This document shows positions 10,392-20,089 of a stretch of 64,000 nt of DNA, in pieces. Origin of the DNA: an uncultured Gammaproteobacteria bacterium (GTDB lineage: Bacteria > Pseudomonadota > Gammaproteobacteria > DRLM01). The position numbers and the translations under genes were made by a program. The notes under the pieces were generated by a model. It was not told the DNA's origin. It saw only the letters and a program-made list of their open reading frames with translations, and did no database searches. The stretch lies in assembly GCA_963729605.1 (NCBI GenBank), contig CAVSNY010000002.1:376205-440204 (forward strand), written 5' to 3'. The number at the start of each line of letters is the position of its first letter. Position 1 is the first letter of the stretch.

Positions 10392-12617
10392 ATGAGTGGT
10401 ATTGAAATCAACCGCAGAGATTTTCTTAAGGTTATGGGCTGGAGTGGCGCGGGTGTCGCATTGGCGGCCTGCGATATGCCGAGCACCGTGACCTTGGAAG
10501 AAGGTAAAGAAGAAGTCACTTCTTATATATTGCCCGAGGAATATGTCATTCCGGGTGTCGGCGTCTATTACGCATCCACCTGTCAGCAGTGTTCGGCGGG
10601 TTGCGGTATATACGGCCGGGTACGGGAAGGCCGGGTCCTGAAATTCGAGGGCAATCCCGACGCCCAGATCAATTACGGCAAGCTTTGCCAGATGGGGCAG
10701 GGCGGCGTGCAGGCGCATTACAATCCGGACCGCATCACCAAGCCCCTCGTCCGCAAGGGCGGCGCCCTGGTGGAGGCGAGCTGGGATGAAGCCTTGGGAC
10801 TCCTCAAGCAACACGTCGGCCCCGAGTCGGCGTTGAGCGGCGATAAGTTTGCCTGGGTGACCGGTACGGTCAGCGGCCATCAAGCGGTGCTGTTGCAGGC
10901 CCATTTGGAAGCCATGGGTTCCGGTCATCACTTCGTCCACGAGGTCATCAATAACGCCGTCGGCCAGGCCGTGAACAGCGAGATGCTGGGCGAGGCGCAG
11001 CCGAGTTATCGTTTCGACGAGGCGCGGGTCATCGTGTCCTTCGGCGCGGACTTCCTCGGCACCTGGATGTCCCCGGTCCATTTCGCGACGCAGTACGCCA
11101 AGTTCCGTGAGGCGCCGCGCGGCATCCTGGTGCAGATCGAACCCAAGATGACGCTCACCGGCGCCAACGCCGATTTGTGGCTGGCGGTGCGGCCCGGTAC
11201 CGAGGGCGTGTTGGCTTTAGGTCTCGCCAATACCTTATTGGTTAAACATAAGCGCGATGCCGGCGCCATTCCCGCCGAAGTCCAAGAAATTATCGCCCGC
11301 TACGATCTCGACACCGTGCAGCGCATCACCGGCGTGGCCGGTGACCGCATCGTCAAGGTCGCCGGCTGGCTGGACAGCCAGTCGCCGAGCTTGGTGTTGG
11401 CGGGTGGCACCGCTGAAGGCCAGGCGCATGGTTATGAAACCACCGCCGCGGTGATGTTGCTCAATATTGTTTTGGGCAACGTGGGGCGCACCATCGTCTC
11501 CAACGGCGAGCTTCCCTTTGCGCAAATGGCGCCCAAGAACGGCAATACCCAGGCCTTGTTGAATTTCGCCGAGACGGTGGAAAAAGGCGGCCTCGAGGCG
11601 GTGTTCTTCTATAACACCAATCCGGTTTACACTGCGCCGTCCTTCCTTAATCTGGCCGAGAAACTCAACGCCGTACCGTTCAAGGTGGCGTTCGCCCAAT
11701 TCCCCGACGAGACCGCGATGCGCGCCGATCTGGTGTTGCCCATCCACTCGCCGTACGAAGACTGGGGCACCCATGTCGCCGCGTATAACGGGAATCAGAT
11801 CGGTGTCCAGCAGCCGCTGATGGAGCCGCTCAATCCCACCACCCGCGGTTTCGGCGACCTGCTGCTGGAGATGCTCAAGTTGCGGAAGGGCGAAACCTAC
11901 GGCGCTTTCGCCGATTATTACGCCTATCTGAAACAGGCGATCAGCGCCTTGCCGGTCGAGCTGAAGCAACCGGCCCGCCTGCACGAGCCGCAATGGCAGC
12001 AGGCCTTGCAGACCGGCCTGATCCCCGTCTCGCGTCAGCCGCGCACCCTCAGTCCCAAGGCGGTGGCGGTGAGCGTGCCGGACTATGCGCCGAACAATCA
12101 ATACCCCTATCACTTGGTGCCTTCGCCGCGGCTGGGTTTGTGGGACGGCCGTCACGCCAATATTCCCTGGCTGCAAGAGGCGCCCGACCAGATCAGTAAA
12201 GTGGTATGGGACTCCTGGGCGGAAATGCACCCCATCACGGCGCAGAAACTGGGCGTGACCCAGGGCGACGTGGTCACCATCACCTCGGATCAAGGGTCCA
12301 TCGACGCCAAGGTCTACATCTATAAAGGCATACACCCGGACGCGATCGCGGTGCCGCTCGGCCAGGGCCATGAAAAAGAGTTCAGCCGTTATGCCAAGGA
12401 TCGCGGCGTGAATCCGTTGAAGATTCTGAGCCCGCTGCGCGATGGCAGGACCGGCGAACTGGCCCTGTACGGCACGCGGGTGCAGATCGCCAAGGCGGGC
12501 CGGCATGGGACGTTGGTGAGGATGGGCGGTAGCGAAATTCAAGTGGGCCGCAAGTTGGTGGCCACGGTTACCGCGGATGTGTTCAGACGGACGGAGGGTG
12601 GTCAAGATGTCGCTTAA
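10392..12617 (+). CDS. Molybdopterin-oxidoreductase-fold subunit (ActB1/QrcB-like), Tat-exported lipoprotein
   Basis: NRRDFLK twin-arginine motif, LAAC lipobox, CQQCSAGC...GKLC Fe-S motif, GADFLGTW, C-terminal molybdopterin dinucleotide-binding-type domain. Confidence 0.85.
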   Translation: MSGIEINRRDFLKVMGWSGAGVALAACDMPSTVTLEEGKEEVTSYILPEEYVIPGVGVYYASTCQQCSAGCGIYGRVREGRVLKFEGNPDAQINYGKLCQMGQGGVQAHYNPDRITKPLVRKGGALVEASWDEALGLLKQHVGPESALSGDKFAWVTGTVSGHQAVLLQAHLEAMGSGHHFVHEVINNAVGQAVNSEMLGEAQPSYRFDEARVIVSFGADFLGTWMSPVHFATQYAKFREAPRGILVQIEPKMTLTGANADLWLAVRPGTEGVLALGLANTLLVKHKRDAGAIPAEVQEIIARYDLDTVQRITGVAGDRIVKVAGWLDSQSPSLVLAGGTAEGQAHGYETTAAVMLLNIVLGNVGRTIVSNGELPFAQMAPKNGNTQALLNFAETVEKGGLEAVFFYNTNPVYTAPSFLNLAEKLNAVPFKVAFAQFPDETAMRADLVLPIHSPYEDWGTHVAAYNGNQIGVQQPLMEPLNPTTRGFGDLLLEMLKLRKGETYGAFADYYAYLKQAISALPVELKQPARLHEPQWQQALQTGLIPVSRQPRTLSPKAVAVSVPDYAPNNQYPYHLVPSPRLGLWDGRHANIPWLQEAPDQISKVVWDSWAEMHPITAQKLGVTQGDVVTITSDQGSIDAKVYIYKGIHPDAIAVPLGQGHEKEFSRYAKDRGVNPLKILSPLRDGRTGELALYGTRVQIAKAGRHGTLVRMGGSEIQVGRKLVATVTADVFRRTEGGQDVA

Positions 12618-13461
12618 GAACATTCTTGAAAATTGGTCGCATTACCGGCGTGGCATCGAACAAGGTGGCCATCACAAATACGAACATATGTGGGGCATGG
12701 CGCTCGACCTCAACAAGTGCATCGGCTGCAACGCCTGTTCCGTGGCCTGTTACGCGGAAAACAACCTGGCGGTGGTCGGCCATGACCGTTTCGCCAAGAA
12801 TCAGGTGATGCATTGGTTGCGCGTCGAGCGTTACTGGGACGAACCGGATCTGGAAAAAGTGGCGGATTCGAGCAGTCAGTATCAGGAGCACGGCGCAAGC
12901 TTCCTGCCGATGATGTGCCAGCAGTGTAACGCCGCGACCTGCGAGCCGGTCTGCCCGGTGGCCGCGACTTATCACACGCCGGACGGTTTGAACGCGCAGG
13001 TCTACAATCGCTGCATCGGCTCGCGTTATTGTTCCAACAACTGTCCCTACCGTCTGCGGTATTTCAACTGGTTCTCCTTCTACGAAAGCTCGTGGCCGGC
13101 GCCGTTGCATCTCCAGCTCAATCCCGACCTCACGGTGCGCGACAAGGGTGTCATGGAAAAATGCACCTTCTGCGTGCAGCGGATTCGAGTCGCCAAAGAT
13201 AAAGCGCATATGGCGGACCGTAAGGTGATCGATGGGGAATTTCAGACCGCCTGCCAACAAAGCTGCCCGACCACGGCCATCGTGTTCGGCGACATGCTCG
13301 ATCCCGACAGCAAGGTGAGCAAGCTTTGGAGTACTCATCAAGTGCAGCTTGGCAAGATCAAGCAAGCCAAGCAGAATCAAGAATTGCGCGGTTATCGGGT
13401 CTTCGAAGCTCTCAATACGGAACCCAAGGTGATGTATATGGAGCGTGTGCGCGAGGTATAG
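12607..13461 (+). CDS. 4Fe-4S ferredoxin subunit (ActB2/QrcC-like)
   Basis: CIGCNACSVAC, CQQC..ATCEPVCP, CIGSRYCSNNCPY, KCTFC...ACQQSCP. Confidence 0.9.
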   Translation: MSLKNILENWSHYRRGIEQGGHHKYEHMWGMALDLNKCIGCNACSVACYAENNLAVVGHDRFAKNQVMHWLRVERYWDEPDLEKVADSSSQYQEHGASFLPMMCQQCNAATCEPVCPVAATYHTPDGLNAQVYNRCIGSRYCSNNCPYRLRYFNWFSFYESSWPAPLHLQLNPDLTVRDKGVMEKCTFCVQRIRVAKDKAHMADRKVIDGEFQTACQQSCPTTAIVFGDMLDPDSKVSKLWSTHQVQLGKIKQAKQNQELRGYRVFEALNTEPKVMYMERVREV

Positions 13462-13515
13462 AGTCGTCGGTACCTCGTGGTAAGGGAGAGAGGAATTTAA
13501 CCAATCAGGTGGCAC

Positions 13516-14919
13516 ATGCAGACGAAAGACATTAACGAGCAAATCAAGTGGGCGCAGATCAACAAAGACGTCCTGAGCAGTATGGAAAATCCGCGCATGG
13601 CCTACTGGGTCGCGGTGGCGGTTTGTATAGCGATGATCGCTTGCGCCGCGGCAGCCGTGGTCTACACCTATACTACCGGGCAAGGCGTGCTCGATCTGTA
13701 CTGGCCGGAAATGTGGGGCTTGTTCATCGCCACCTTCATTTTCTGGATCGGCATGAGCCATTCGGGAACCCTGTTGTCGGCGATTCTGCACATCGTCCAT
13801 GCCGACTGGCGTAAACCGATCTACCGGTTCGCCGAGGCCATGACGACCTTCTCGCTGATGACGGCGGGCCTGTTCCCCATCATCCACTTGGGGCGCATGT
13901 GGAACATGTACTGGGTGCTGCCCTACGTCAGCGACCGCGGCATCTGGCCCAACTTCCGTTCACCGCTGGCCTGGGACTGTTTCGCGATCTTCACCTACCT
14001 CACCTCGTCGGCGTTGTTCCTGTTCATCGGCATGATCCCCGACTTGGCCATTTGCCGCGACAATGCCAAAGGCTGGCGCAAAAAACTCTATACCGTGTTG
14101 TCGCTGGGCTGGGCGGGCACCGATCGCCAATGGCGCCATTTCCGCAAGACCTATCTGTTGATGGCCTGCTTCCTGATCCCGTTGGCGGTGTCGGTGCATT
14201 CCATCGTGTCCTCCGACTTCGCCATGTCCATCATGCCGGGTTGGCACATCACCAGCTTCCCGCCGTACTTCGTGGCGGGCGCGCTGTATTCGGGTTGCGC
14301 GGCGATCATCACCCTGTTCATCATCCTGCGTTACTTCTTCCGCTTTGAGGAATACATGACCATTCCCATTTTGGAGAAGACCTGCAAGCTGACCTTCGTC
14401 ATCGCGATGGTCTGGTCTTACCTGAACTTGGTTGAGTTCGCCGCCACCTGGTACGGCCACGACGTCGCCGCCAAGGAAGTGTTGTGGGACAAGTTCACAG
14501 GGCCTTATTCGCCTTACTTCTGGGCCATGTTGTTCTTCGGATCGGTGTTGCCGTTCACCTTGGCCTTCGAGAAGCTGAGGCGGCATCTGCCGACCATGTT
14601 CGTGGTGTCCCTGCTGCTCAACGTGGGCATGTGGCTGGAACGCTGGATGATCGTCTCGCCCACCCTGTCGCTCGCCTATCACCCCTTCGCCTGGAAGGTG
14701 GTATGGCCGAGCATGGTGCAATGGGCCGTGGTGTTCGGCAGTTTCGGTTGGTTCGGCTTGTTGTTCTTGGTGTTCGTCAAGGTCTTCCCCTCGGTCTCCA
14801 TGTACGAGGTGAAGGAAATGGTCTATCACCGCCGCCGTGCTCATGTGGAAGAGCATGCCAAGACCTTCCATCGCCGGAATTCCGATCCGCAACCGGCCAT
14901 TGATACGCCAAGCACATAG
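13516..14919 (+). CDS. actC: NrfD/PsrC-family quinol-interacting membrane subunit (ActC)
   Basis: FWIGMSHSGTLLSAIL, RFAEAMT, IHLGR, NFRSPLAWD, SVHSIVS.DF. Confidence 0.9.
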   Translation: MQTKDINEQIKWAQINKDVLSSMENPRMAYWVAVAVCIAMIACAAAAVVYTYTTGQGVLDLYWPEMWGLFIATFIFWIGMSHSGTLLSAILHIVHADWRKPIYRFAEAMTTFSLMTAGLFPIIHLGRMWNMYWVLPYVSDRGIWPNFRSPLAWDCFAIFTYLTSSALFLFIGMIPDLAICRDNAKGWRKKLYTVLSLGWAGTDRQWRHFRKTYLLMACFLIPLAVSVHSIVSSDFAMSIMPGWHITSFPPYFVAGALYSGCAAIITLFIILRYFFRFEEYMTIPILEKTCKLTFVIAMVWSYLNLVEFAATWYGHDVAAKEVLWDKFTGPYSPYFWAMLFFGSVLPFTLAFEKLRRHLPTMFVVSLLLNVGMWLERWMIVSPTLSLAYHPFAWKVVWPSMVQWAVVFGSFGWFGLLFLVFVKVFPSVSMYEVKEMVYHRRRAHVEEHAKTFHRRNSDPQPAIDTPST

Positions 14920-14930
14920 GGAGTTTTAGA

Positions 14931-15458
14931 ATGAGCAAGCATCGTATTATGGGATTGTTCAGTGATTTCGAGCAGGCTTTTGCGGCGATAGCGGATATCC
15001 GCGCCCATAAGATTCCGGGCGTGACGGTGGATGACGTGACCTTGAAGTCGCCGATCGAACATCCGGAAATCGAAGAGGTGTTGGGCGAACGTCCGGCCCA
15101 TGTGCCGAAATTCACCTTGATGGGGGCCTTGTTCGGTTTGACCTTCGGGTTCCTGTTCCTGGCCTCGGCGCAGGCCACCTTCCTGGTGCAACCCCAGGGT
15201 GGTAAACCGGTGGTGCCTTTGCCGTCCAATTTCGTGCTGACCTATGAGCTGCTGATCTTGTTCGGTGTCGCCTTCACCGTGATCAGCTTTTTCATCGGCG
15301 CGGGCATGGGGCGCAAGCGCGACACCCTCTACAGCGAGATGGTGAGTCTGGACCAGGTGGGGGTCTTGCTCGAGGTGGATGAAAACAAGGCGCAAGCGCT
15401 CAAGGATTTATTCAAAGAACACAAAGTGGTCGAAATCCGGGAAGAGGTCGCACGATGA
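14931..15458 (+). CDS. actD: ActD-like subunit (DUF3341 type)
   Basis: Two transmembrane helices, GGKP motif and YEL.IL; position after actC. Confidence 0.75.
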   Translation: MSKHRIMGLFSDFEQAFAAIADIRAHKIPGVTVDDVTLKSPIEHPEIEEVLGERPAHVPKFTLMGALFGLTFGFLFLASAQATFLVQPQGGKPVVPLPSNFVLTYELLILFGVAFTVISFFIGAGMGRKRDTLYSEMVSLDQVGVLLEVDENKAQALKDLFKEHKVVEIREEVAR

Positions 15459-16009
15459 GATTGGCTAAATATATATTGGCGGGCGCGTTGCTCCCGGGGA
15501 CCGCCTTCGCATGGCCGTGGTCAACCGACATGGTGAATCAGCCCTCGGTCAAACCCCAGGAAGGGAAGATGATGTTGTTCCCGGCGCGGTCCATCCCGGT
15601 GCAAGGGGTCCCCACCGAGGTGGCGAACCGGGACGAGAGTAAGGAACTGGTTAATCCGGTTCCCGTGAGCCCAGAGTCGCTTGAAAAGGGCCGGATATTG
15701 TACAAGGTGTTCTGCGCCGCTTGTCACGGTCTGACCGGAGCGGCGGAATCGCCGGTCAGTAATAAGATCGGCGCCATCGCCCTCAACGACGATTACGTGC
15801 AGACGATGCTTACCGAAGGCTGGATATGGGGCACGATCACCTTCGGCAGTGCCATCATGCCCGCTTATGGGAAGCCGACCGGCCGGGAGGACATGCGTGG
15901 CACCAACGACTTGAGCGTAGAAGAGCGTTGGCATGTAGTGAATTATGTGAAGCATGGTTTGATGAAAGAGCCGCCGCCGGCCGTGACCGCCGCGACCGCG
16001 AACCAATAA
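15455..16009 (+). CDS. actE: Monoheme cytochrome c (ActE-like)
   Basis: Signal peptide, DM..QP, CAACH, MPAYG, ERWHVVNY. Confidence 0.8.
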   Translation: MRLAKYILAGALLPGTAFAWPWSTDMVNQPSVKPQEGKMMLFPARSIPVQGVPTEVANRDESKELVNPVPVSPESLEKGRILYKVFCAACHGLTGAAESPVSNKIGAIALNDDYVQTMLTEGWIWGTITFGSAIMPAYGKPTGREDMRGTNDLSVEERWHVVNYVKHGLMKEPPPAVTAATANQ

Positions 16010-16048
16010 GTAGTAATGGCGCCACGCTAAGATATTTGAGGGGAATCC

Positions 16049-17083
16049 ATGGAAAACTTCGGCAGCTGGTCAGTATTGACTACCAACTTTCTCTTTGTGC
16101 TGTATTTGGCGTTGGGGGGGGTGACCTTTTCGTCGATTCTGCATCTGGTCAACGGCAAATGGCGTTTTCAGGTGCGCCATCTCGCCTGTTCACTGTCGGT
16201 ATTGTTCCCGATCGCCGGAATCTTGCTGTTGATCCTGCTGGCGAACGGCAATGCGACCTTTAGTTGGCTGGCGGAGGCCAATCATGATCCGGAGCATCAT
16301 TTGCCGGGTTGGCATAATTACACTTTCCTGGTCGCGCGCCAGATCATCGGCTTCTTGCTGGTGTGGGGGATGTATCGCACCTTCATCAAGTACCAGGCGG
16401 CTAGCGAGGTCGATAGTTCTTATGCCGCGCAACGCCGTTTCCGCAATATCGCTTTGATGATTCCCTTCGTCTATGTGCTGTATGGGACGATGGTGGCTTG
16501 GGACTTTGAAATGACTCAGGTGCCCGGCTGGCACAGCGCCAGCTATGGTTTCTATCATTTCCAAAGTGCTTTCCATATGTTCCTGGGTTTCTTCGCGGTG
16601 CTGCTGTATTCCCTGCACCGCTCCGGAAAGCTGGCGATTTCCATCGAGCCGCACATCTTCAATTACATGGGCCAGTTCATGCTGGGTATGACCATATTGT
16701 GGACATATCTCTATTTCACCCAATACCTCATCATGTGGTACGGGCGTTTGCCGGACAACATACTCCGTTACGACGGCATGATGTATAACGATTTGGCGCC
16801 GTTGTGGTGGACCTTCCTGACCCTAAAATTCATCATCCCGTTCTGCACCCTGGTCATCACGCCTAATCGCCATAATCCGGTGATTATCACCCTGGTGGGC
16901 TGCTCCATTGTGTTGGGATGGTGGATCGAACGTTACACCTGGATTGCCGGCTCCGTTGAACCTCAGTATCATCACATTCCGATGTCGTCGATCACCGACA
17001 TCTTGTTTACCGTGGGGGTTCTCGTGGTCGCTTGGATTGCTGTGAAGTGGGGAATGGCGCGCCAAGGGCTTATCCGCGGCTAG
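16049..17083 (+). CDS. actF: ActF-like polytopic membrane subunit
   Basis: Many transmembrane helices, AWDF.M...PGWHS and WTYLYFTQYLIMWY; last gene of the cluster. Confidence 0.78.
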   Translation: MENFGSWSVLTTNFLFVLYLALGGVTFSSILHLVNGKWRFQVRHLACSLSVLFPIAGILLLILLANGNATFSWLAEANHDPEHHLPGWHNYTFLVARQIIGFLLVWGMYRTFIKYQAASEVDSSYAAQRRFRNIALMIPFVYVLYGTMVAWDFEMTQVPGWHSASYGFYHFQSAFHMFLGFFAVLLYSLHRSGKLAISIEPHIFNYMGQFMLGMTILWTYLYFTQYLIMWYGRLPDNILRYDGMMYNDLAPLWWTFLTLKFIIPFCTLVITPNRHNPVIITLVGCSIVLGWWIERYTWIAGSVEPQYHHIPMSSITDILFTVGVLVVAWIAVKWGMARQGLIRG

Positions 17084-17109
17084 TGTAAGGGAGATTGGAT
17101 AAGTCGCCG

Positions 17110-17150
17110 ACGACAACGCCATTTTAAGAAGAATGGCGTTGTCGTTTCTT
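17110..17150 (+). terminator. Rho-independent terminator after the ACIII-like operon
   Basis: Perfect 14-bp stem ACGACAACGCCATT/AATGGCGTTGTCGT, 8-nt loop, followed by TTCTT. Confidence 0.7.
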
Positions 17151-17246
17151 GGTTAGGTTGGAGGGGGAATAATTAACATAACTGTTGTCATGACGGGCGC
17201 GCCTAATAAGACGCCCGATTATAAAGATTAACGAAAAGTCACTTCT

Positions 17247-19754
17247 GTGGTACTTCCGCCTGAAGTAACAATATCGACGCGCAGTCTGGTTTTGGGATTG
17301 CCGCCCCGCGCGGGGCGGCGATGTGACATCCCTTTGTCTGATGGTGATGCTATGAAGGCGTCTGATGTTGAAGGTATGAGGACTCGCCAGGCCGCACGGC
17401 ATGCCATGCGCAGCTTTCCCATGGCGATGGCGGATGGCGTGATGTCGGTCATCGTAATGATGAATGGCCGGGGTGACGTAGTCCGTTACCACTCCGCTTC
17501 CGGGCAAGATTTAACCGGGCCTTATCTCGATAATGACGGCGTGCGAGGTTCCGCTCGGGACGATGACGGGGTGGCGCCTTCCAGCAGTACGTTGACCGAA
17601 CGCCGCCGGTTGCATGCCTTGTTCGATCAGTCGCCTTTCAGCACCCAGATTTTTTCCCCCGACGGTCAGACCATCGCGGTCAATAAGGCCTGGCAGAATT
17701 TATGGCGTTCCACGTCGGAGGCGGCCGCCGGCTACAATATCCTGCTCGATCCGCAATTGATTGAAAAAGGCGTGATGCCTTATATCCTGCGCGGGTTCGG
17801 CGGCGAGCCCACGGCCATTCCCGCGATCGAATACGATACCCAGCAACAGGTCAAAACCGGGGGTTTTAAACGCTGGGTGCGGGCCTTCATCTACCCGGTG
17901 TTCGAAGAAAAACGACTGATTGAAGTCATCCTCATGCATGAGGATGTCACCGGGCAAAAACAGGCGGAAAGCGCCCTGTTGGATGCCCATGAAAAATTGG
18001 AGCGGCGGGTACAGGACCGCACCGCTGAATTGGCGCGCGAGGTCTCCGAACGGGTGCGCGCCGAACGCCTGTTGTTTACCGAAAAGGAACGGGCCGAAGT
18101 CACGTTGCGCTCGATCGGCGACGGAGTGATCACCACCGATCCGGCCGGGTCGGTGGTGTCCATGAACGCGGTCGCGGAAACCCTCACCGCGTGGCGGGAG
18201 TGGGAAGCACGCGGCCGCGCTTTGGGCGACGTGTTTCAGGTGATCGACGAGGATACCCGCCAGTCCATCAAGGACCCGGTGGAGGCCTGTCTAAGACGCG
18301 ACGGCGCGGTGCGGGCGGAAAATACCCCGTTGTTGCTGCTCAATCGCCAGGGCGATGAATGTCCCATCGAAGGCAGCGCCGCGCCCATACGCGGCCGCGA
18401 CGGTGAAAAATTGGGGGCGGTCATCGTGTTTCGCGATGTGACGCAGCAGCGATTGCTCAATAAAGAGATGGCCTATCACGCCCAACACGATGCCTTGACC
18501 GGGCTGGTAAACCGCCGCGAATTCGAACGCCGTCTCGCGCAGGCCCTCTCCAGCAGCCGGGATTACGGCTGGCAACATGCGCTGTGTTTTCTCGATCTCG
18601 ATCGTTTCAAGATCGTCAACGACACCGCCGGCCATATGGCGGGTGATGAGTTGCTGCGGCAGATTACCGCCTTGCTTCTGGACGGCGTGCGCGAGCGCGA
18701 TACCTTGGCACGGCTGGGCGGCGATGAATTCGGTTTGTTGCTGCACAACTGTCCCCTGGAAAAGGCCTGGCAAATCGCCGAAAGCCTGATGACCCAGGTC
18801 CGCGATTTCAATTTTTTATGGAAAGGCCGCAGTTTTCAGATCGGCACCAGCATCGGCATCGTGCCCATCACCGCCGATGCCAGCGATGCCGCGCGCCTGC
18901 TCGGCCGGGCGGATCAGGCCTGTTACATCGCCAAGGATATGGGGCGTGACCGGGTCTTCGTCTGTCCCGTGGACGAACAGGAACCTCTGCGCCGTCCGAC
19001 GAATGTGTTTCAACTCGACGAGCTGCGCAGTGCCTTGGGCGAAGGGCGCCTGCGCTTGTATTGTCAGCCCATCGTGTCCTTGCAGCATGAAGAGGCCGGG
19101 CCGCCCGCCTTCTTCGAAATGCTTCTGAGGCTGATCGACGCGCAGGGCAATGTTCTATTGCCCGCCGCCTTCATCCCCGCCGCCGAGCGGCACGGTGTCA
19201 TGCGTAAATTCGACCGCTGGGTCATCAACGCCACGCTGTGCGGTTTTAAAGAATCGGCGCTGCTGCCCGGACAGGCCCGCATCAGTATCAATTTGTCCGC
19301 GCACAGCCTGGGTGATGAGAGCTTGCCTGACTTCATCGCCGCGCGGCTGGAATCCTGCGGTTTGCAGGCGCGGCAAGTGTGTTTTGAAATCGCCGAGACG
19401 GCGGTGGCGCAGCATTTCACCCGGGCCAGCCGCTTTATCGACGCGGTGCGGGGTTTGGGTTGCCGGGTCGCCTTGGATGAATTCGGCGGCGGTCTGTCGT
19501 CGTTCAGTTACCTGAAAAAACTCACCGTGGATTATGTGAAGATCTCCGGCCAGCTTATCGCCAATATGGTGGAGGATGAGCTGGATCAGGCGATGGTGGC
19601 GGCGGCGCGCCAAGTAGCGGTCGCCGCGGGTTGCCGCACCGTCGCCAAACACGTGGACACCCCCGTTCATCTGGAGCGGGCTCGCCAGTTGGGCCTCGAC
19701 TACGCGCAAGGTTTCGTGGTGGCGGCGCCGCGCCCGTTGATGGAGTTTGTTTAA
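17247..19754 (+). CDS. PAS-PAS-GGDEF-EAL c-di-GMP signalling protein (true start probably downstream, ~17352-17460)
   Basis: PAS/PAC segments, HDALTGLVNRR, DLDRFK.VND, RERD I-site, GGDEF, EML...QGF EAL domain. Confidence 0.9.
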   Translation: MVLPPEVTISTRSLVLGLPPRAGRRCDIPLSDGDAMKASDVEGMRTRQAARHAMRSFPMAMADGVMSVIVMMNGRGDVVRYHSASGQDLTGPYLDNDGVRGSARDDDGVAPSSSTLTERRRLHALFDQSPFSTQIFSPDGQTIAVNKAWQNLWRSTSEAAAGYNILLDPQLIEKGVMPYILRGFGGEPTAIPAIEYDTQQQVKTGGFKRWVRAFIYPVFEEKRLIEVILMHEDVTGQKQAESALLDAHEKLERRVQDRTAELAREVSERVRAERLLFTEKERAEVTLRSIGDGVITTDPAGSVVSMNAVAETLTAWREWEARGRALGDVFQVIDEDTRQSIKDPVEACLRRDGAVRAENTPLLLLNRQGDECPIEGSAAPIRGRDGEKLGAVIVFRDVTQQRLLNKEMAYHAQHDALTGLVNRREFERRLAQALSSSRDYGWQHALCFLDLDRFKIVNDTAGHMAGDELLRQITALLLDGVRERDTLARLGGDEFGLLLHNCPLEKAWQIAESLMTQVRDFNFLWKGRSFQIGTSIGIVPITADASDAARLLGRADQACYIAKDMGRDRVFVCPVDEQEPLRRPTNVFQLDELRSALGEGRLRLYCQPIVSLQHEEAGPPAFFEMLLRLIDAQGNVLLPAAFIPAAERHGVMRKFDRWVINATLCGFKESALLPGQARISINLSAHSLGDESLPDFIAARLESCGLQARQVCFEIAETAVAQHFTRASRFIDAVRGLGCRVALDEFGGGLSSFSYLKKLTVDYVKISGQLIANMVEDELDQAMVAAARQVAVAAGCRTVAKHVDTPVHLERARQLGLDYAQGFVVAAPRPLMEFV

Positions 19755-19797
19755 GAAAGTTTTTCTATTGATCGGGCATCAAAATAGAACTGATTTA

Positions 19798-19945
19798 GGG
19801 AGCTCTGATTTATTCAGAGGTTCCCGCGGCACGCGGATGTGCCGCCATTTGCAATGGTGTCAGCCATTGAAAATGCAGGGCAGCGAACAGCATATTTTTG
19901 CTGTCCGTGCTCTGAAAATTCCAGGATGGAATTTTCAGAGTTTCC
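19798..19945. mobile_element. Candidate MITE (~148 bp)
   Basis: Imperfect terminal inverted repeats GGGAGCTCTGA / TCAGAGTTTCC, TTA on both flanks (19795-97, 19946-48), internal hairpins, no ORF. Confidence 0.45.
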
Positions 19946-19949
19946 TTAG

Positions 19950-19992
19950 ACCTCCCCTCTCCCAACGGGAGAGGGTCAGGGAGAGGGGAGGT
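19950..19992. repeat. CCCTCTCCC/GGGAGAGGG REP-type palindrome
   Basis: CCTCCCCTCTCCC-AAC-GGGAGAGGG-TCA-GGGAGAGGGGAGG between convergent genes. Confidence 0.6.
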
Positions 19993-20089
19993 TGATTGAT
20001 CCTTCATTGAATGCTCCCTCTCTCCAATCCTTCTTCCGCGCACGAAGGCTTTAATAAAGCAAAGATGCCTTAACGGATTTCACGGCTGA

